Assembly (NCBI GenBank): GCA_000165425.1
Contig: CT868000.1
Span: 178,173-242,172, forward strand
Source of the DNA: Paramecium tetraurelia
Taxonomy: Eukaryota
Length of the DNA: 64,000 nt
Reading direction: 5' to 3'
The position numbers were made by a program, and so were the translations under genes. Shown here one piece after another: positions 56,633-64,000 of the stretch. The stretch's first letter is position 1. Every line of letters begins with the position of its first letter. The notes beneath the pieces were generated by a model. The model was not told the DNA's origin and searched no databases. It saw only the letters and a list, made by a program, of their open reading frames with translations.

Positions 56633-58126
56633 TTGATTTTTTTGCTATAATAATAAAAAAACATTACATCAAATCAAATCAAGCATTATAATTGTTCCGA
56701 TTTGCTCATTAAATGAGGAAGTAAAAAATTATAAAACTTCTTATTTTATTCCTTTTTGAAAAATACTACATTCCATTATTACTACTAAAGTATTAGAATA
56801 AGAGTAATAAAATTTAAATAATATGGCAAAGTTATACAAAATTTAATTATTTTTATTCTCAATGCAATGGGCATCTAAATTTATTTGAAAAAAATTTTAA
56901 ATTAAACAATTCATTGATGTTCTATTTTAAAAAACAGTAATAAATTGATAAACTTAAGTCAATATTAGATAAAAGTTGATAAAAATATAAATGCTCAAAA
57001 AAAAAGACATTTCTGAAGTTTATAAAATTCTAATCAATATTATAAATTTCAAATCTAAACTAAGACAATCCCAATAATGAAAAATTCATGTATAGTAAAA
57101 CACTTATACCAAAAGTAAATATAAGCGTTTTCATATGTAGTTGAAATAGGTAAGTTGAATTTTTTCATTTACTGTAGTAATTTCATATTTTATTCAAATA
57201 GTAATTTATAACTTTAACTTAAAATTTGATATGACTAAAGACGATAAGAAATAATCACAGAAGATTTTGCTTTATCAACATATTAATTTCAAATAATTTT
57301 GAATTACTTTATTTTAATAAAAAGTATATCGTAATAGTATGTAATGCTATTTATTTCATAATCTTCAGTTAAAATTCCATAAATTTGAGACGAAGATTTA
57401 TATATATTAAGTGATACTATTTCAACATCAAGATAATTTAGTATTATTATTATAAGATAAAAGTCATTAGCCTATCTATTTATTTGGTAGAATAAATTAA
57501 AAAAAGAAAAATAGGTTTCTGTTAATCGATTGTGCATGATTTCTAATTAATCTGAATTTTAATAAAATAGGGGAAAAACTCTCTTTATTTTTAAAGCCAA
57601 ATAGAGTAAATCTACGTTAATGTTATCAAAAAAAGTGAAACTCTCTAAAATGAAAAAAAAATTCATTTATTAATAATAATAAATGAAATAATAGGAAGTT
57701 TGAAAAAAATAATTGAAATAGTAAAGTCAAATTGTAAATGAAAATTTTTGGTTTATTAATCATTTAGTAATATGTCTACTATTAAAGCTATTTCTTAAAC
57801 TATATCATAAATTAAAATAATTAAAGAATAATTGCATATTTCATAATTTATAAAGGGAATTAGAAATATGTTTTTTTTGAAATTAAATGTACCTACTTAT
57901 CTTTATGAAAATATTATTTCATAATCTCTTTGGAGACTAATAATACATTCGATTATTTATTTTGTAAAGAATCAATAAAAATATAGTATTTTGATGATTT
58001 TAATATGATGTAATTGGTTTGTATCAATCGAAACTCTATTTTTTTTTTAAAATATTGCAATAAATATCTAAAATTATCTATTTACCTCAATAATTTTTAA
58101 TAATTAACTCAATTCTTTTGAAATAA

Positions 58127-59327
58127 ATGCTAGAATATACTGGACAGACTAAAGCAAATTCAGAAGGTTTCCATTCAGTTGTAGACTCCGATATAGAAAG
58201 TTGGATAAAGTAATAAATACGCTTACAAATTTTAGAAGACCTAAATCCAGTTCACAACAAGATTATCGAAAACTATTTGAATTAACAAAACATTGTTACG
58301 CTGCAAAATTGCCTTAAGCAAATTGTGATGAGATTCCTGAGTTTGATACTTATGAGGATTCCTTCTTACAAAGACCTTCTATGTGTACGAATAAATCAAG
58401 CAAACAAAGCTATGAAATTATGAAGGAGGAGAAGCAATAGGAGAAAGAATTAATCACACCTATAAATGATGAGGACAAGCATTTGTTGTTGAGGAGTGAT
58501 CAAGAGCAATGCAAATTGTTAGCAATCAAAATGAAGAGTGGAGGATGCTATACAGGATAGTGGTACAAAAGAAAACCACACGGTATTGGGGAATATCTAT
58601 TTGCTGATTCGAGTAGATATGTCGGAGAAGTAACTAGATATTACAATAATAGTGGAATAATGGTTTTGCAAGCGGAAAGGGAGAGTATTATTATGCTGAT
58701 GGTGGACACTATAAAGGAGAATTCCATTTAAACAGCATGCATGGCACAGGAATTTACAAATACGCAGATGGAACCGTATATGATGGTATGAAATATCCTT
58801 ATCGTTAAGGTCAATGGATGAATGATAAATACCATGGATATGGAATTGAAATAAAAAACGAAAGCCAATATAAGGGTAAGGATAAATTATATATTAGGTA
58901 AGTTTAAGAATGGTTTGAAACATGGTCAAGGAACCTTGGTATTTTCTAATCAGGAAAAGTACGAGGGGTCATTTGTGAATGGTCTATTTGAAGGGAAAGG
59001 AGTTTTTGTAAGCAATCTATTTTTATCTTTAGATTTGGCCAGATGGAAGAAGATATGAAGGAGATTGGAAAAAAGGAGTGATGCATGGATAAGGGATGTT
59101 GCAATGGTTAGATGGTAATAAACTGTCTCAAAATAGGTCGTATCTACGTAGGACAGTATGTGAATGATAAAAGACAAGGATTCGGAACATTCCAATTTGC
59201 TGATGGTCGTAAATATGCAGGTTAGTGGATGAATGGACTATAACATGGATCAGGAGAGTTTACTGAATTTCATGGTTAAGTTACGAAAGGAGTTTGGAGA
59301 GACGGCAAATTGTTTTCAATTTATTGA
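58127..59327 (+). CDS. MORN-repeat protein
   Basis: About ten YxGxWxxxxxHGxG-type repeats; many tiny introns; TGA 59325-59327. Confidence 0.92.
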
Positions 59328-59351
59328 TTATATGATACTAATTTATATATC

Positions 59352-60754
59352 TCATAATTTTGGTTAGGAATACTTAGCAAGGTTATCTGGAGTTGGTGCT
59401 GGGAATAAACTAGGTGTGAATAGAGTTCTAATAAGATATTATTGACTATTTACGCTTTCTTCATATTTCCCTTGATCTTCATTTGTCCTTTTAAGAATGC
59501 TTCATTGGCTTACAATTTTCCTAAGCAAACCTTTTCAAAATCATCATCAATCATTGTGAAAGTGGCATCAGCTGATTCTTTTCCTTCCTTTATTCCTCCT
59601 TGACCATTCTTTAGATCAATCACCCAGGATTTTACCACTGGTCCACCTTTTTATGTGATAATTTCAAAATTGAAAACTCCTTAAATTTTAGGAATGAATT
59701 CTTTTCCTTCTCCTCTATCCAAGAATGCTTTCATTAAACCAAAAATCTTGTCTGCTTTTAGATTAACACTTGGAGCTTGTGTAGTTTATTATGTTTAAGC
59801 TGTTGATGTTTTTCCTTCTTTCTATTATTTAATGAAATCTTCCTTATTGAAAAAGATTTCAAAGATCTCTGATGATGTTTAAGGATAGCAAACATTATCT
59901 CCAAAACCAGCTACTTATTCCCATTTATCTCTAACATCTTCAGGGGTGAATGGTGTGTCAAAGAAATAGCCTTGATTTCTTTACCATCTCAATTTAGAAA
60001 TGTATCCAGCTCCCAATTCATAAATTGCACCTGTTTCTTTTGAATCATCATGACTCAACACACCTACAAGTGGTACAACAAATTCTGGCTTTAAATTTGC
60101 AAGTAATTCTTTGCTCATAACAGTCTCAGTCAATCTACTTGCAGCTACAGGACAGATTGAATTAACTAAAATATTTCTCTTCAATCCTTCTCTTGCCAAA
60201 GCCAATGTCAATCCGTGAATACCCATCTTGGCAGCACAATAATTTGTTTTAACCAAAGACACCATAAACACCAGAGGCTGAAGATGTGTTAATGATTCTT
60301 CCATACTTTTATTCTCTCATGTATGGCCAAGCAGCTTTAGTGCAAGAGTATGTGCCTTTTAAATGAACCTAAAAGGCATATTATCATATATTACTCTATA
60401 AATGAGATCCCAATCTTCATCTTTCATTTTTTCAAATGAAACATCTCTTAGAATACCAGCGTTGTTTATTAAAATATCAATTTTTCCAAATGCCTTAATT
60501 GCAGTGTCAATCACTTTCTCTCCAAATTCAACACTATCATAATTGGCGACAGCAACTCCACCAGCAGCTTTAATTTCATCAACAACTTTATCAGCAGCAG
60601 AAGATGAAGCTCCTGTACCTTTCATTGAACCTCCTAAATCATTAACAACGACTTTTGCTCCTCTTTTTCCAAAAAATAATGCGTACTCCTTTCCTAAGCC
60701 ATTACCAGCTCCAGTGATAACGACAACTTTACCATCAAATCTCAATTAACTCAT
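59352..60754 (-). CDS. Peroxisomal (R)-3-hydroxyacyl-CoA dehydrogenase (HSD17B4-type SDR) fused to SCP2; 1-nt insertion near 60248
   Basis: [26 protein letters not shown]2-like WVIDLKNG...DATFT...[17 protein letters not shown]1-like PKL*. Two 26-nt introns. Confidence 0.93.
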
Positions 60755-61213
60755 ATTTTTAATATACTAATACAAATCCAAATGACATTATATATATAAT
60801 GAACACTTTTAGGAAATCGTGCGTCATAATTAAAAGAGTGATTCAATTATTATTATTTAATATGTTACCTTTCAAAATTTATAATAATTTATTTTGCTCA
60901 ATCAATTTGTGCTTTAATTTATTTTATACTTTAACATTATAAATTGTTAAAACTATTCAATCAAATTAGGTAGTCTAATTTTCTTATTTTTATATTTCAA
61001 AGTTAATAATTATTTCAAATTTTGAATGTTCCCTTATGCCAAAATGATAGTAACTTGAATATATCTTTGCTTAATATAATCTTGTAATAAAAACAAACAT
61101 TCAATATTTTATACTATTCATGATTGGATTATAGAGACATTATTAGTAATTAGCCTAATTGCTAATGAATATTTGTTAGATTAGGATTAATTTTAATAAT
61201 TGTATTTAAAAAT

Positions 61214-61963
61214 ATGTCTTACGACACTGCTCTTACAGTTTTTTCTCCAGATGGATAACTATTTCAAGTAGAATATGCAATGGAAGCCGTGAAAAGAGGA
61301 TTGTGTTGTGTTGGAGTCAGAGGAAAAGACATCATTGTTCTCGGGGTAGAGAAAAAGGCAACATCTAAACTCTAGAATGTTAAGACAATCAAGAAAGTGT
61401 ATTAGTTGGGTAGCAATTTATTCAAATGATAGATAACAATTTATGCATGACATTTTCTGGATTAAATGCTGATGCAAGAATATTGGCAAATCAAACAAGA
61501 TTATAATGCTAATAGTATAAAATTTATTATGAGGATGATCCTTCAGTTGATTACATTGCTAAATTTACTAGCTAACAATAATAGAAATTCACTTAAAGAG
61601 GTGGAGCAAGACCTTATGGCATTTCAACATTAATTGCCGGGTTTGATAATTAAAATAAGCCAAAGTTATTTTAGACAGATCCATCTGGGGCTTGTTCTGA
61701 ATGGAAGGCTACATCTCTTGGGAAGAGTGCAAAATAAGTGAAGGATTTCTTAGAGAAGCATTGGAGAGAAGGATTGCACGAGAAGGATGCACTTCTACTA
61801 ACAACGAAGGTATCGGATTGTGGTATATGTCAAGGCTTTGATGGATGTAGTTGAAAGTGGGAATAAGAACATTGAGTTGTGTGTGATTAAGAAGAACACT
61901 TGCTGGTTTTTGAGTGAGGCTGAAGTAGAGGAATTGACGAAAATAACCGCATAGATCTAATGA
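61214..61963 (+). CDS. PSMA7: 20S proteasome subunit alpha4 (alpha type-7)
   Basis: [24 protein letters not shown]...[11 protein letters not shown]...[15 protein letters not shown]. Introns of 23 and 25 nt give 233 aa. Confidence 0.92.
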
Positions 61964-62187
61964 TTATTATTATAATTAAGAGATTGAACAAATTTGGCTT
62001 ATTTCAATGATGTTTTATCCTATTTTCCAATAAGGATAGTTCGCAATAAATTCAAAATATTAGGAATAATTGAGTGCTTTTTATGGAATGATATTTGAAT
62101 CCTTATAATGCGGTAATAATTTAATACTTGCAATTAATAATATATATCATAATTTCATTCATTCTGAAATCTCAAATATTATAATTA

Positions 62188-63780
62188 ATGAAACAGGAAT
62201 CGTGGGACGATTTACATTTGGCAAATGAAAAATCTATTACTAAAATCTTGGAGCCTGGAGAGTAAGTGTTATTTTCAAGTCTACTCTATAAATTCAATGA
62301 AGTCAATAAACGCCAAGAGAGAACATTACTGATTACAAGCCATAACCTATACAATCTATCGAAATTGACAGTGAAAAGAAAAATACCTATCAAAAGAGTT
62401 TATGGAATAACCATAGGTCTGATTGGTACAGAATTCGTGGTGCACGTGCCTGAAGAATACGACTATAGATATTCAAGTTCAGAACGAAGAGATCAAGCAG
62501 TATTAAGCATAATCAAGGCCTATTGTTTATAACACAGAGGCACTGCATTGCCAGTCTTCTACAAGGATGAACTTACTCTCACTGCATATACGACAACTAA
62601 AGTGGACAAAAAAAAAGGTGTCAATAGATTACCAACCACTGGTTCGGAATTAATGAATGAAGAGTAATTCAGAAAGAGGATAGATTCATAAACAGAAGAA
62701 CGATTGTAAACTCGAGCAAAGACTTCGACACTCTTCGCGAGATAGAAGGGTGAGGTAGTAACAATTGATGACTTTGACCTAATAAAAGTCTTGGGAAGAG
62801 GAGCCTATGGAAAAGTGATGCTGGTCGAGAAGAAAAGTGACAAATAATATTATGCTATGAAATCAATTAGAAAAGAAGACATTGCTGATCCAGAATAATT
62901 AGAACACACCAAAACAGAAAGATTAGTGTTGGAGCATGTAAATCATCCATTCCTTGTAAATTTGCATTGGGCATTTTAAACACCTGAAAAGTTGTTTTTT
63001 GTTACTCAATTCATGAAGGGAGGAGAACTATTTTAACATCTGAAACATGTCAAAAGATTTGATGAAAGCAGAACAAGATTTTATGTTTCAGAAATTGTAA
63101 ATACTCATTATCATTTTAGATATTAGCATTAGAACATTTGCATTAGAAAAATATCATCTACAGAGATCTAAAACCAGAGAATGTTTTATTGGATGAAGTA
63201 GGTCACATTTGTTTAACAGACTTTGGAATGGCCAAAATGCTCAAAAAAAATGAACTCGCCAAATCATTCTGTGGAACTCCTGAATATCTAGCTCCTGAAA
63301 TACTTCTAGAAACTGGACATTCTCAATCTGCAGATTGGTGGGCATTGGGCATACTAACATATGAGATGCTCTATGCATTACCTCCATTTTACAATAAAAA
63401 TCAAGATTTGATGTTTAAATAAATCCAAACCAAAGAAATTACATTCCCAACTACACCACAACTCTCCAACGAGGCCAAAGATTTCATTTCTAAAGTAAAT
63501 ATCCAGTTTAATCTAGTTAACAATTAAAGATCCAAAACAAAGATTAGGAACAGCCAAAGTCGATGAAGTCAAAAATCATCCATGGTTTAAAGGAATCAAT
63601 TGGGAAAAACTCTTGAAAAAAGAAATTGATACTCCTTTCAAACCCTAAATCCAAGGTGATGCTTGGATTGATAATTTCGATAAACAATTTACAGCAGAAG
63701 AAGCTATCAATTCATATGCCCCTGAGAATAATCTAGTCAACCAAGATGAATTTAGAGAATTTGACTATTATTAAAAATGA
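62188..63780 (+). CDS. AGC kinase (Akt/SGK/S6K-like) with an N-terminal myosin-I TH1-like domain
   Basis: [11 protein letters not shown]...[15 protein letters not shown]...KRKIPI...[12 protein letters not shown] (TH1-like); [31 protein letters not shown]. Introns 63097-63119 and 63495-63516. Confidence 0.93.
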
Positions 63781-64000
63781 ATTGAAAATAAATATGTAAT
63801 CATTTATTAATTATGAATTTATGCTAAAGTAATTCCAAGGAAATAGGTCATTATTTTTAATCTCTTTATAAGCATAATCTTTGAGACAGATGTTGAGCTA
63901 ATCGATTAGTTTTAGAAATCTTAGATTTACATTTGGCTAGAACTCATAAATCATAAATCCCCTCTTTTTAGAATAGAATTCATTCTGTAAATATAATTTA

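Overview
AT-rich, gene-dense eukaryotic DNA that only makes sense in the ciliate nuclear code (TAA/TAG = Gln, TGA = stop) with 20-29 nt GT..AG introns and very short intergenic spacers. It is most likely macronuclear DNA of Paramecium (aurelia-like), so the supplied standard-code ORF track shows only fragments. I re-translated by hand and find about 35 genes. Recognisable products include an aspartic protease, a Myb protein, a ~2870-aa USP deubiquitinase, PKA-like and TH1-AGC kinases, an ankyrin-DHHC palmitoyltransferase, CIA30-like and TGS1-like proteins, two hybrid histidine kinases, a MATE transporter, cold-shock and ENTH proteins, an M14 carboxypeptidase, UBTD, MORN, SDR-SCP2 and proteasome alpha4. 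There are also several hypothetical genes and decayed pseudogene relics. The most notable items are an intronless AIG1/GIMAP-like GTPase with a coiled coil, a Gln repeat and a CaaX box; a candidate CudA/STAT-like transcription factor; the multi-reader USP architecture; a head-to-head gene pair 17 bp apart; and recurrent +1 frameshifts and in-frame TGAs, which are probably assembly errors or pseudogenisation but are testable as recoding. No rRNA, tRNA, CRISPR array or transposase was recognised. All family calls come from motif recognition, not database searches.
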